Shown here: piece by piece, positions 53,420 through 64,000 of the stretch
How positions within the stretch are numbered: the stretch's first letter is position 1
Layout: the number at the start of each line of letters is the position of its first letter
Assembly (NCBI RefSeq): GCF_004010195.1
Contig: NC_057719.1
Span: 84,396,239-84,460,238, forward strand
Origin: Chiloscyllium plagiosum
Lineage: Eukaryota
DNA length: 64,000 bases
Direction: 5' to 3'
Position numbers and translations under genes: made by a program
The notes under the pieces: generated by a model
What the model was told of the DNA's origin: nothing
Databases searched by the model: none
Seen by the model: the letters and a program-made list of their open reading frames with translations, nothing else

Positions 53420-54010
53420 CTTAATGTCAAAAACTGCTTGGTTAAGCCATAGTTGTAACTCTATCCACAGTTCTGGTCACTGCACAACAGAAAAGATGTG
53501 ATTGCATCAGAGGGGTGCACAGGAGATTCACCTGGATGTTGCCTGGGATGGAACAGTTTAGCTATTAAGAGAAGCTGGATAAGCTTGAGTTGTTTGCTTC
53601 AGACCAGAAGAAGTTGAGAAGGGACCTGGCTGACATATATAAATTTATCAAGGGCACAGACAGGGTGGATAGCTGGCTCCCTCTGCTGAACTGCCAACCA
53701 CTAAACTGAGTTATTTTTATATGAGAGGCAAGAGGTTCAGAGGCTACTTGAGGAATTTATTTTTCACTTTTCACTTTCATTTCATGGTGGGAATCTGGAA
53801 TGCACGGATGGGGTGAGGAGGTAGGTGAGGTAGGAAGCTTCGCAACCTTTAAAATGCATTTGGATGAGCACTTGAAATGTCATAACATTCAAGGAAAGGC
53901 CTCAGTGCAGGAAAGTGGGACGAGTATACATTTACAGTAGTTTTTTTTGGTAGTGCAGATTCAATGAGCCAAACTGCCTCTTCTGCACTGCATGATTTTA
54001 TGATTCTATA
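53420..54010 (+). mobile_element. Degenerate CR1 LINE 3' region
   Basis: cagttctggtcac..aggagattcacctggatgttgcctgg..; tail tgattttatgattcta. Confidence 0.7.
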
Positions 54011-55065
54011 TCTTCATTATATGTTATTCTAGTGGTTCAGAGAACTGTCAGGGCATTTCAGAAGAAATTTGAGAGTCAAATATATTGCTGTGGGCCTGAA
54101 GGTGCAAGATGAGATTTTCTTGACAATCTAATAGCTACATGATCACCATTACTGATAGGAGCTTTTTGTGCTTTTAGTTGAAGTTAGCTGCCATGTAGGT
54201 TTGAAACTATGACCTGGTTGACTCGGGACCCCTTTAAAAATGGCAGCCTGATCACAATTCTAGGAATCTGAGCCCGCTCCCAACGTTTCTGATACTTACC
54301 AGCAATGTTTATGAGTGCAGGCTGTTTGGGTCTATACAAAGTGAAGCTGAGCCAAGAGTCCAGATATTGTTATCTGGCTCAAAAAGGCCAAATGGCCTAC
54401 TCCTGCACCTATTTTCTTATTTTCTGTCTCTGATAAAATAGTCCCTATTTGAGTGACAGCTGAAGCTCTATCATCTCGGCTATTAATTTCATAATGTAAA
54501 CCGAAGCAAGGTTAAAGTTTCTAGTGCCTGCAGCTACTGAAACTTTAAAGGATAAAGATGATATGAACTTTTATTGTCTTACAGAAGAAAGACCTTTCTT
54601 TTAAACCTTACTGGAAAGTTCCCAAACACTATTTTAAAAAGATTTTCTTAATATATTCTGTTCTCACTCAAGGGTTTGTGGATACTGGTTGAATGGGCTT
54701 GGAAGTGCCATAGCCAGCATAGAGACCTGACAGGCCATTTGAGTTGTTCAGGAGGGGACACGCCTTGGCACGGGCAGCATGAGAGGCCATGTATGAGGTA
54801 TGTGGGAATTGAGGGCATGTCAGGGGTGATGCTGGAAAGCTTTTCTGTTTGCAATCTAGCTAGAATGAAATTTCACAGAACCAGGGTGAACTTTTAAACA
54901 GCCCCGTGGCTGCCTCCAAACTTTTTCTTCGAACCCCACTGTCTGACTCTAGCTGGCGTCTGACACCTTGGCAATAAAGATCTAGTCCTCAAAGCAAGCG
55001 AGCTAAACCAAAATCGCACTACCCATCCTGAGAATGAAAATCCAGACTTGCATCTTTGAGTCATA

Positions 55066-55429
55066 AGTCAAGATTAGAATGGTGCTGGAAAAGCTCAGCA
55101 GGTCAGGCAGCATCCGAGGAGCAGGAACATCAATGTTTCGGGCAGGAGCCCTTCATCAGGAATGAGGCTGGAAGCCTCGGGGTGGAGAGATAATTGGGAG
55201 GGGGAGGGGGTGGGGCTGGGGAGAAGGTAGTTGAGACTTCTCCCCAGCCCCACCCCCTCCCCCTCCCAATTATCTCTCCACCCCGAGGCTTCCAGCCTCA
55301 TTCCTGATGAAGGGCTCCTGCCCGAAACGCCGATTTTCCTGCTCCTCGGATGCTGCCTGACCTGCTGTGTGTTTCCAGCATCATTCTAATCTTGACTGAT
55401 CTCTAGCATATGCAGTCCTCACTTTCGCC
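55066..55429. mobile_element. Palindromic family-A Penelope-derived element: 161-bp inverted arms, 10-bp spacer, hammerhead motif in each arm
   Basis: 55066-55226 vs 55237-55397; motifs at 55132-55159(-) and 55304-55331(+); imperfect flanking duplication tctttgagtc..taagtc. Confidence 0.88.
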
Positions 55430-56090
55430 TCTTTGAGTCGTTAAGTCCAGTAATCTCACCACTATTCTAATATTGACAGTCTCCCGGGACTGTTGCACCC
55501 ACAATCTCTACAACCTTAAATCCAATGGATGAAGGTTTGATCACATATCATTGTCCAAGTTGTTCGCCATATTATACAAGTGGCCTGTGAATTAATTTCA
55601 CAACATAAATTTAAGCAAGGTTAGAGGTTTCAAGAGCCTGCAGTTTCAGGCATTAAACATGAAAGGATTTGGATGTCATGAACCTTTACTATCTTCTAGA
55701 AGACCATCTAACTTATTGGAAACTTCTCAATGATTGACTTAATATATCCTACACTCACCTTCTGATATGTTACACAAAGGCTTGAATACAAGTTAAACAA
55801 TGACTCAGGGTGTGTTACAGTCAGAACAAAATACAGTGTACATCACATTGAAAATTATCTGCTTTGGCAAGGTCAGCAAACAAATAAATTATGTTGCACG
55901 TCAGATGCATAGTTAATAGAAGGTTGATATCAAATTTGTTGTCATGATTAACTTCTCTCAAAGTTAAGAGATTCTGCAAGTATGAAAAGGAATATTCACA
56001 GCACTGAAAAACCACAACTCTACACAGACCTTCACAGGATGATAGTGAAGCTTACTGATGCAACAGAATTTCAACGTGCCGATCAATTAC

Positions 56091-56158
56091 CTTGTTCAAT
56101 TCCTCTATTCTTCTGATCAAGAATGGATTGCTTGAAGAGTTCTCAAAAAAGACATAAT
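56091..56158 (-). CDS. MTA1: MTA1-like exon (MTA1 exon 2 equivalent), BAH: (D)[22 protein letters not shown]
   Basis: 68 bp, ttttacAG acceptor and GTaat donor; manual translation. Confidence 0.95.
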
Positions 56159-59100
56159 CTGTAAAACAATAATAATTCTTATCAAGGGAAAGGCAAAGCT
56201 ATTTACTCCTACAGCCAACTAAACGTTGAGCTTGCAAATATTTAGAAATCAAATAGGGCAAGGATTTGTCCAAACAGTTTTGTAGAAAATCTCAGTTGAT
56301 CCCCACCTTCGGCTCTTGATGAGAAAAACGCACCAAGTATCTTCAGAGGCAACAGGTATAAGGAGAAGATAATATGGATTTTGTCAGACAGATCGTAACA
56401 TTTAAGGCTATGGCCCTAGTAGGGGCAAGTGGGTCACGTGTAGACGTACAGAAATGGCCAGAAGGGTGTCTTCTGTATTCTATGACTCTACGGTTCAAGG
56501 TGTTCTTGTCAACAGTAAGCAAGACCTTGATTTAGTCAGCATCATTATAACTTGTTGCTGTGTAAAGGCAACTTAATTTTGAAACTGATTCTGACTGCAA
56601 AACATAAGTATAATTCTAACCATCGTCTTATTTCATTGCAACTCAATAAAAACTTCAGTTACAATCATGTCTGGGGTGATAAGAAGATATCTTCTGGATT
56701 TTTGAGAGGGATTTCATCACATCAGTGCATCAGGATCCAAAACTGGTTGGAAGAAACATCATCTCTCTGCTCAAACCTCTCTGGAATAGCTGTGACTACT
56801 GTTTAACTGAGTGATGACGTCACGTCCAGTACATTAGATACAGAACTTCTGGCTGCTGTGGCTTTTACCTGCTAAGGCTCAGAATGGTTAAAATTATGTA
56901 TTAGCTCTGCAGTGTAAACCAGACCTCTTTATTAGAAAAATGCACAAGGTATCTTCAGAAATACCAAGTAAAAGGAGGAGATAGTATGGATGGATGAACA
57001 CTTGGGGCTCGAGGTGGGGGTATAAGGGGAGATGAAAGTAAGGAAAGGCCACCAGATGACTCCAGCTTCTTGACAACCACTGAAGTGTGGCCAAAGTTGC
57101 AATGTCGGAAAGGTAGGAGCCAATTTGTACATAGTGAACTCCACAAGCATCAACAAGACCATCTATTTCTGTGACGCTGCTTGAGGAAACAAATATCAGC
57201 CAAGGCACTGGAAAGACACCCTTGCTGCTCTTCAAAATGGTGCCGCAAATCCTACAATCACCTGAACTGGCAGCGTGGGCCTTAGATCACCTCCAAACCT
57301 GCAGCACTGGCTCAGGACACTACTGGATTGTCTGCATTGATATTTTTTTTGCTCATGCCTTGGAGTCGGACTTGAACACAAAACGTTGTGACTCAGAGGC
57401 AAGAATGCTATCAAACGAACTACAGTTGGAAAAGAGGAAGGATTTCGTCAAGGATCTGTAAAATGTAGGTTCCTGTGGTGGAGCAGTAGCATATGCACAG
57501 CTACATGTAGCTTTGGCACACAAGTTAAGGAGGGGAGGAGGAGGGTGAAGTGAGGGGAGAGTGGAAAAGAAAGGAGAGGAGGGTTAATGAGTGAGGGCGA
57601 GTGGGGAGGAGGGGAGTGAGGGNNNNNNNNNNNNNNNNNNNNNNNNNNNNNNNNNNNNNNNNNNNNNNNNNNNNNNNNNNNNNNNNNNNNNNNNNNNNNN
57701 NNNNNNNNNNNNNNNNNNNNNNNNNNNNNNNNNNNNNNNNNNNNNNNNNNNNNNNNNNNNNNNNNNNNNNNNNNNNNNNNNNNNNNNNNNNNNNNNNNNN
57801 NNNNNNNNNNNNNNNNNNNNNNNNNNNNNNNNNNNNNNNNNNNNNNNNNNNNNNNNNNNNNNNNNNNNNNNNNNNNNNNNNNNNNNNNNNNNNNNNNNNN
57901 NNNNNNNNNNNNNNNNNNNNNNNNNNNNNNNNNNNNNNNNNNNNNNNNNNNNNNNNNNNNNNNNNNNNNNNNNNNNNNNNNNNNNNNNNNNNNNNNNNNN
58001 NNNNNNNNNNNNNNNNNNNNNNNNNNNNNNNNNNNNNNNNNNNNNNNNNNNNNNNNNNNNNNNNNNNNNNNNNNNNNNNNNNNNNNNNNNNNNNNNNNNN
58101 NNNNNNNNNNNNNNNNNNNNNNCCCTGATCTACTCTGCCCACCTCTCGCTCTCTCCTCCTCATTGACCCTTCAACTTAATTCACACTTCTCTCCCACTAA
58201 ATACCCAACAAGCCTCCCCATCCCCCCGCAGGTGAGCTGGAGTCAAAGGGAGGATATGAGTGGGGCTTCAGCTGGCAACAATTGCCCAATTAGTTTGTGG
58301 ATGGTTAGGCCAAGGGGAAACCTGAGGAATTCCTAAGGGCTCTTCGTGGTAGAGCTAGGTTCAAGTGACTGAAGTCTTCCTGCCAATCCTGTTTATTTTT
58401 CATTCACAGGATGTGTGCACCACTGGCTGGGTTTGCCCATCCCTAATTGCCCTTGAGAATGTGAGGTGAATTGCCTTTTTGAATTACAGCAGTCTATTTG
58501 CTGTAGGCATATCCAAAGTGCCTTTAGGGAGGTAGTTGTAGGATTGGGACCTAGTGCCACTGAAGGAGCATCAATAAATTTCCAAGTTAGGATGATGAAT
58601 GGCTTGGAAGGGAACATGCAGGTGGTATTCTATGCCTGCTGCTAGCAGATATGTATGTCTGGCTTCTATGTCATCCTTCTAGATGTTGGATGCCATGAGT
58701 TTGGAAGATCACATGAAGAACTCTGGTGAATTTCTGCAGTGCATCTTGTAGATGGTACGCACTGCAGAAATTCGCACTGCTACTGGATTGGGGAGGAAGT
58801 GGATGTTTGTGGATGTGATGCCAAGCAGGTGGGCTACTCTGTCCTGAGGTGTCAAGTATCTTGAATGTTGATGGAATCATGCAAGTGGGGAGCATTCTAT
58901 CATAGTCCTTGCTTGTGTCTTATAGATGATGGTAGGCTTTGGGGAGTCAGGACCTGAGTTTCTGACTGCAAGATTCCTAGCGTTTGACTTGCTCTTACAG
59001 TATTTTTATGACTAATCCAGTTGAGTTTCAGGTCAACGCTAACCCCCGGGATTTTAGTAATGGTGGACTCAATGATAGTGATGCCATTAAATGTTAAATG

Positions 59101-59290
59101 GTAGTGGTTAGATTTTCTCATGTTGGTTATTGCTTGGCACTTGTGTGGCACGAATGTTACTTGCAATTTGTCAGCCCAAACATGGATATTGTTCAGGTCT
59201 AGCTGCATTTGAACACTAACAGATTTAGTATCTGAAGAGTCATACATGGTCCTGAACATCAGCGAACATTCTTCATTTCTGACCTGAGGG

Positions 59291-59595
59291 AAAGTTAAAA
59301 ACCACACAACACCAGGTTAAAGTCGAACAGGTTTATTTAGAAGCACTAGCTTTCAGAGCGCTGCTCCTTCATCAGGTGGTTGTGGAGAGTAAAATTGTAA
59401 GACACAGAATTTATAGCAAAAGTTTACACTAGACTGTACATCACACTGTAAACTTTTGCTATAAATTCTGTGTCTTACGAAGGAGCAGTGCTCTGAAAGC
59501 TAGTGCTTCCAAATAAACCTGTTGAACTATAACCTGGTGTTACATGATTTTTAACTTTGTCCACCCCAGTCCAACACCGGCGTCTCCAAATCATG
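59291..59595. mobile_element. Fold-back family-B Penelope-derived element
   Basis: Inverted arms 59291-59428 / 59447-59558 (right arm has a deletion removing most of CUGAUGA); intact hammerhead motif at 59347-59375(-). Confidence 0.8.
59344..59378 (-). ncRNA. Minimal hammerhead ribozyme motif (family B), sense to the MTA pre-mRNA
   Basis: cac-CUGAUGA-aGGAGC agc GCUCU-GAAA-GC-UA-gug. Confidence 0.75.
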
Positions 59596-60171
59596 ATGGA
59601 AGGAAAGCCATTGATGAAGCAGCCATAGATGATTAGGCCATCTGAGGAATTACTAAGGTGTGGTGGTAGAGCTAGATTCAAGTCCCACCTGCTCCAGAGG
59701 TGTGTACATGTCCAAGCAGGTTGATTGAAAAATATCTCCCGAGAAACTTCTGGCTCCCAGGTGGGTGAATAGCTTGGGGTGTGAGAATGTGCCATCAGAC
59801 CTCTGAAAGGGAAGGAGTTGTTTTCCCTCTGAAGTGAAAAAGAGCCTTAAGAATTGCCAGTTTATTTGACATGTAACAAAAAAGTCAGATATTTTTATAA
59901 AAGTAAACCAGCGTGAACCTATGCCCTCTGTCAGCAAGTGAAATTATCTGGAGAAGGAAGATCGTGAAGCAGTTAAGTCCTGACAAGTCAAAAGGATCAT
60001 CTCCTTAGTTAGCTCAGTTAGCTGGATGGCAGGTTTGTGGTACAGAGGGATACCAACAGCACTCCCTGCACCAGCTGAGGTTACCACAAAGGTCCCATCT
60101 TCTCAACCTTGCCTGGGTTATCTAATGAGGGAGTAGACCTCTGGGACTGTAATGACTTTACCTTTCATGAG

Positions 60172-60826
60172 CAGCACGGGAGCACAGTGACTAGCTCTGC
60201 TGCCTCTCAGCTCCAAAGATCCTGGCTCAATTCCAGCCAAGGTCTTTTCCCCATGGTAGGGGAGTCCAAAACCAGAGGGCATAGTTTTAAGGTGAAAAGG
60301 GAAAGATTTAAAAGGGACCTAAGGGGCAACATTTTCACACAGATGATAGGGCATGTATGGAATGAACCGCGATAGGAAGTGGTCGAGGCTGGTACAATTA
60401 CAACATTTAAAATGTATCTGGATGGGTACATGAATAGGAAAGGTTTAGAGGGATGTGGATCAAATGCTGGTAAATGGGACTAGATTAATTTAGGATGGTC
60501 AGCATGGACAAGTTGGACTGAAGGGTCTGTTTCCATGCTATACATCTCTATGACTCGATGACTGCCTTTATGGAGTTTACAAGTTCTCTCCGTGTCTACA
60601 TGGGTTTCCTTCAGATGGTCCGGTTTCCTCCTACAGTCCGAGTTAGATGGATTGGCTATTCTAAAACTTGACCCGTTGTGTCCAGGGATGTGCAGGTTTG
60701 GTGCGTTAGCCCATATGATTATGGGGATTGGGTAAGAAGGTGGGTATGGGTGGGATGCTCTTCAGAGGGTCGATGCAGACTCAGTGGGCTCAATGGCATC
60801 TTTCTGCACTGTAGGGATTCTATGAT
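60172..60826 (+). mobile_element. Old HE1-like SINE split by a CR1 3' fragment (about 60240-60560)
   Basis: SINE head 60172-60239, CR1 tail with KTRGHSFKVK..LRGNIFTQ, V-domain resumes at about 60565. Confidence 0.75.
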
Positions 60827-62614
60827 GTCAGTGAACCCTGTGAATGGAGACAATTAAACTGTCTATCCAGTCTTTCCCTCTGCTCACATGTTTTTTTCCT
60901 ATCTGTCTGAATATGTGTGTAGAGGGGGAGTTTATAAGTGGGTATGTTTTTTGACTAACAGAGTTATTTGCCAACATATCATTTTGTTTACCTGCAGCTG
61001 GAGTCTTATTTATTTGTAATAAATTGTGATTCGAGTCAAGTACAGAAACCTGTTTCATGCTTTGTCACCCTTGGATTAAAAGACAGTAAATTTGTGATTC
61101 TGCACACTTGTAAAAATCTTTAACTTTTGTGATAACTCCAGGAATAGTGGGGCTAAATTTCCAGCATGTAACCCCAGTGAGTTGTAACCAATGTGACACA
61201 TAAATGCACTCTAAATTCATTAATTTGTCCAGCGCAGTGGTTCCTCAATGCCTCTTCCCTACCCTCAGTTACATCCCAGGATTGGGGAGAGAGGAACTGA
61301 GGGAATCCTTTCCAGATTTCTATCCAATGACTCTGATTGACAACGTGCTCTCAATTTTCACAGCAGTGGCCGCATGGATGGACGGTAGTGGGTTGCAATG
61401 TTTCTTTCAGAGAAAAATTTTGTGAAGTCCTGGTCAACTTCAGGCTAGATTCACTGCTTGGTTTGTGGCGAGTGGATTCCAAAATTCACCTCTTTGTCCT
61501 CAAAGTGGAACCTGGCTAATGGGGAAGAAAGCCTAAATCAAAATAAGATGAAGTACAGTGGGACATCTTAAGTACTGAGCTGCCTCAGTGACTGTGCAGG
61601 CTTTTTAGAAATCCTGGAAATACTCAAAAGATAGAGCTCTGGCAAAAAAAAAGTTCCATCCAGCAGAACAGATGGCAGAATTTGTGCCAATGGAATATCT
61701 TGACTGCTATTCTGACGAATGAAGGATGCAGGAAAATGAATCCTCCCCAGCAATCATCTTGGTTTTGTTGTCATTGGACCAAGATGTTGTTCTGTCAAGA
61801 TACATATGGAAGTTGGTGTGCAAGTTTCTCCATGCTAAAATATGTCATGCACAGGCATCTTCCCTTTTGCAAACATCCTCCAAGCTCTTTGGTAACAACA
61901 AATGATGACAGAAACATTTGTCTGAAAACTTCTATACAACATGAAATCCAACAGAGAATCATGGAGAAACTCAGCGGATATCTCCAAATAAAAGGTGTGG
62001 CTTTGGGTACCTACATGACTGTCTCTTTGTGGGCTATATGAAACATTTCTTGTTGTAGTTCTACTCGGGCTCCAACTCACAATTCTTTCTCAACGACATT
62101 GATGTTGTCATCAGTCCTGCTTCCTGCTCTTATCCGATATTAGAAAAATTCATCAATTTTCTATCCAATTTCCATCCTCCTCTCAACCTTCACCTGATCC
62201 GTTTATGACTTTTCCCTTCCTTTCCTTGACTTCTCTGTTTCCATGTCTGGGAATAGGTCATCCACCAATATACACTAAAAAGCCACAACCTCCCATATGT
62301 ACTTCTTCACACATTGCTTCCTGCAGGTATTCCATTCTATTCTCTGCAGATGCTGCCAACCCTGCTGGGTTTCTCCAGTACTTCCTGTCTTTATTTCAGA
62401 TTTACAGCATCTACAACATTTTGCTTTTATTGTGATCATCTAGCACTTGGATGAGGTAGGGATTCCTTTTGGCAGCTGCAGCTGTACATCCTTTTTTAGG
62501 ATCACCTCAGCTAACCCTTTATTGGGGAGGGAACTTGGAAAGGTGCCATAAACATAATCCACCTCAGCTCATCCAGCTGGATAGCAGTGTCCCGATGGAT
62601 CACCTGCTTTGATG

Positions 62615-62822
62615 AAGTTAAAAGTTACACAACGCCAGGTTATAGTCCAATAGTTTATTTGGAAGCACGAGCTTTCGGAGCACTGCTCCTTCATCAGTTA
62701 GTTGCCTGATGAATGAGCAGCGCTCTGAAAGCCAGTACCTCCAAATAAACCTGTTGGACTATAACCTGTTATGTGATTTTTAACTTTGTCCACCCAAATC
62801 CAACACTGGCACCTCCATAGCA
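62615..62822. mobile_element. Fold-back family-B Penelope-derived element with back-to-back hammerhead motifs
   Basis: Arms 62615-62697 / 62706-62786, 8-bp spacer; motifs 62669-62697(-) CUGAUGA-aGGAGC agu GCUCC-GAAA-GC-UC and 62706-62734(+, degenerate). Confidence 0.82.
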
Positions 62823-63880
62823 TATCTTCTTCAATGAAGAAAACACAGGAGATATAAATATAGATATTTGCTAATCAGTCTGTTTATAAATGTCATGACA
62901 CACCTCTGGAGCTGATGGGACTTGAACCCAGGCTTCCAGATTTGAAGTTAGGGGTACCACGGCACTGAAGATCCCCTATACAAATGTATTAAAGTTTGGC
63001 ACTTGAAAACATAAGCACACTTCTGTGAGTGAATGCCTGAAATGTCACATTACAAACCCCAGTGACGTGACCTCAATGTACCCTGAGAGACAGCCAGTGA
63101 GCTAAGAGGGCAGCTCAAAGAAAACTATACTTCCTTCTGAAAGGGAAAATCACAGGATTTCACTCCAATTACAAAAGGAAAATTCTGTGAAGAATGTGAG
63201 AGTTCAAGAGCTGGATTTGTCATCAAGAATTAACTTGCCAGCCAGCTTCTTGAGTTTAATCTTGGAAGAAATGAGTGCCTTATAACCTTTTATCTCATAC
63301 TGGCAGAGTGTGCCACCACGATCAGTGAATATGTTCTAACCATGCAATATTCCTCTGCCAAACTTGACCAAACTGCCTTTGATTGTCTTCTCAGTGATGA
63401 AAGGGATTCAAATCTCTGATATGGCAGCATGGGCCGCAACCTATCGACTGTCTTGCTCCTCAAATGCTGCCTGACGTGCTGTGCTTTTTCCACAATTTAT
63501 CGATTCTGACATCTCCAGCATCTGCAGTCCTCACTATCTCCAAGGAATTTGAAATGCCAACTTCAGCAGCATTCTTCTGTTTCCCAAATATGCAGAACAA
63601 GGGAATATCATCCCCGATACGCTTCCAGTAGAACAGCAACTCACATGGCGATTTGGATAATTACATAACCATCCATGCTTGGAATTACAAAGATGTCTGT
63701 ACCATCAGAGCAATGACAGAAGTTGATGACTGATGAACCAAGCAATGGTTTATTTCTTCAATCATGTACATTAAATGATAGAAGGATCAAAAAAGATGTT
63801 CATGCAGCTCTGAAGGATCCAATCGAATCATACCAATTCCAAGGTGCCTTGGGTAGGGAGGCTGGGGGATGAGGTGGGTA

Positions 63881-64000
63881 GAGCTGAAAAATGTGTAGCT
63901 GGAAAAGCGCAGCAGGTCAGGCAGCATCCATGGAGCAGGAGAATCGACGTTTCGGGCATAAGCCCTTCTTCAGGAATGAGGAAGGTGTGCCAAGCAGGCT
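63881..64000 (-). mobile_element. Family-A Penelope pLTR running off the window, with intact hammerhead motif at 63946-63973
   Basis: Near-identical to 34218-34333; CUGAAGA-aGGGC uuau GCCC-GAAA-CG-UC on the minus strand. Confidence 0.82.

Larger units (their letters stand above)
3985..56158 (-). other. MTA1: MTA1-like gene (metastasis-associated protein, NuRD subunit), span of the 15 coding exons found; 5' and 3' ends not found in window
   Basis: 15 exons with canonical AG/GT borders join in frame (1701 nt). Most exon sizes (68,94,127,64,118,103,100,189,75,59,152,90) match those I recall for vertebrate MTA1. The translation contains BAH-ELM2-SANT-GATA motifs. Family is certain; paralogue identity is less so. 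Confidence 0.9.
58395..59650 (-). mobile_element. Degenerate LINE 3' region (CR1/L2-like second family) with nested Penelope-derived element
   Basis: ORF 58900..59307(-) QLDLNNIHVWADKLQVTFVPHKCQ..GVSVDLKLNWISH. Confidence 0.7.

Noticed and set aside
57525..58166. Long ORFs of X residues (also 28807-29338 and 34333-35049)
   Set aside because: Artefacts of N gaps (28994-29168, 34491-34837, 42247-42269, 57623-58122).
1..64000. CRISPR array or prokaryotic system
   Set aside because: No regularly spaced direct repeats or operon-like ORFs; the sequence is vertebrate exon-intron DNA.

Overview
Vertebrate genomic DNA, most likely a shark: it carries HE1-type V-SINEs, abundant CR1 LINEs and Penelope-like elements, and has four N gaps. 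One protein-coding gene crosses the window on the minus strand, an MTA-family NuRD scaffold gene closest to MTA1. I mapped 15 consecutive GT-AG coding exons (56158 down to 3985, 1701 nt, one continuous frame) encoding the BAH, ELM2, SANT and GATA zinc-finger domains and part of the C-terminal region. Exon 1 and the last exons were not found in the window. The protein mixes MTA1-type and MTA3-type residues and has unusual substitutions, so it may be a divergent or extra paralogue. The introns are dense nests of retroelements. At least three Penelope-like families each carry a minimal hammerhead ribozyme motif (CUGAnGA-stem II-GAAA-xx-UH). Many copies are fold-back (palindromic) insertions with 12-16 bp target-site duplications. 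Most other ORFs in the supplied track are TE fragments or noise.
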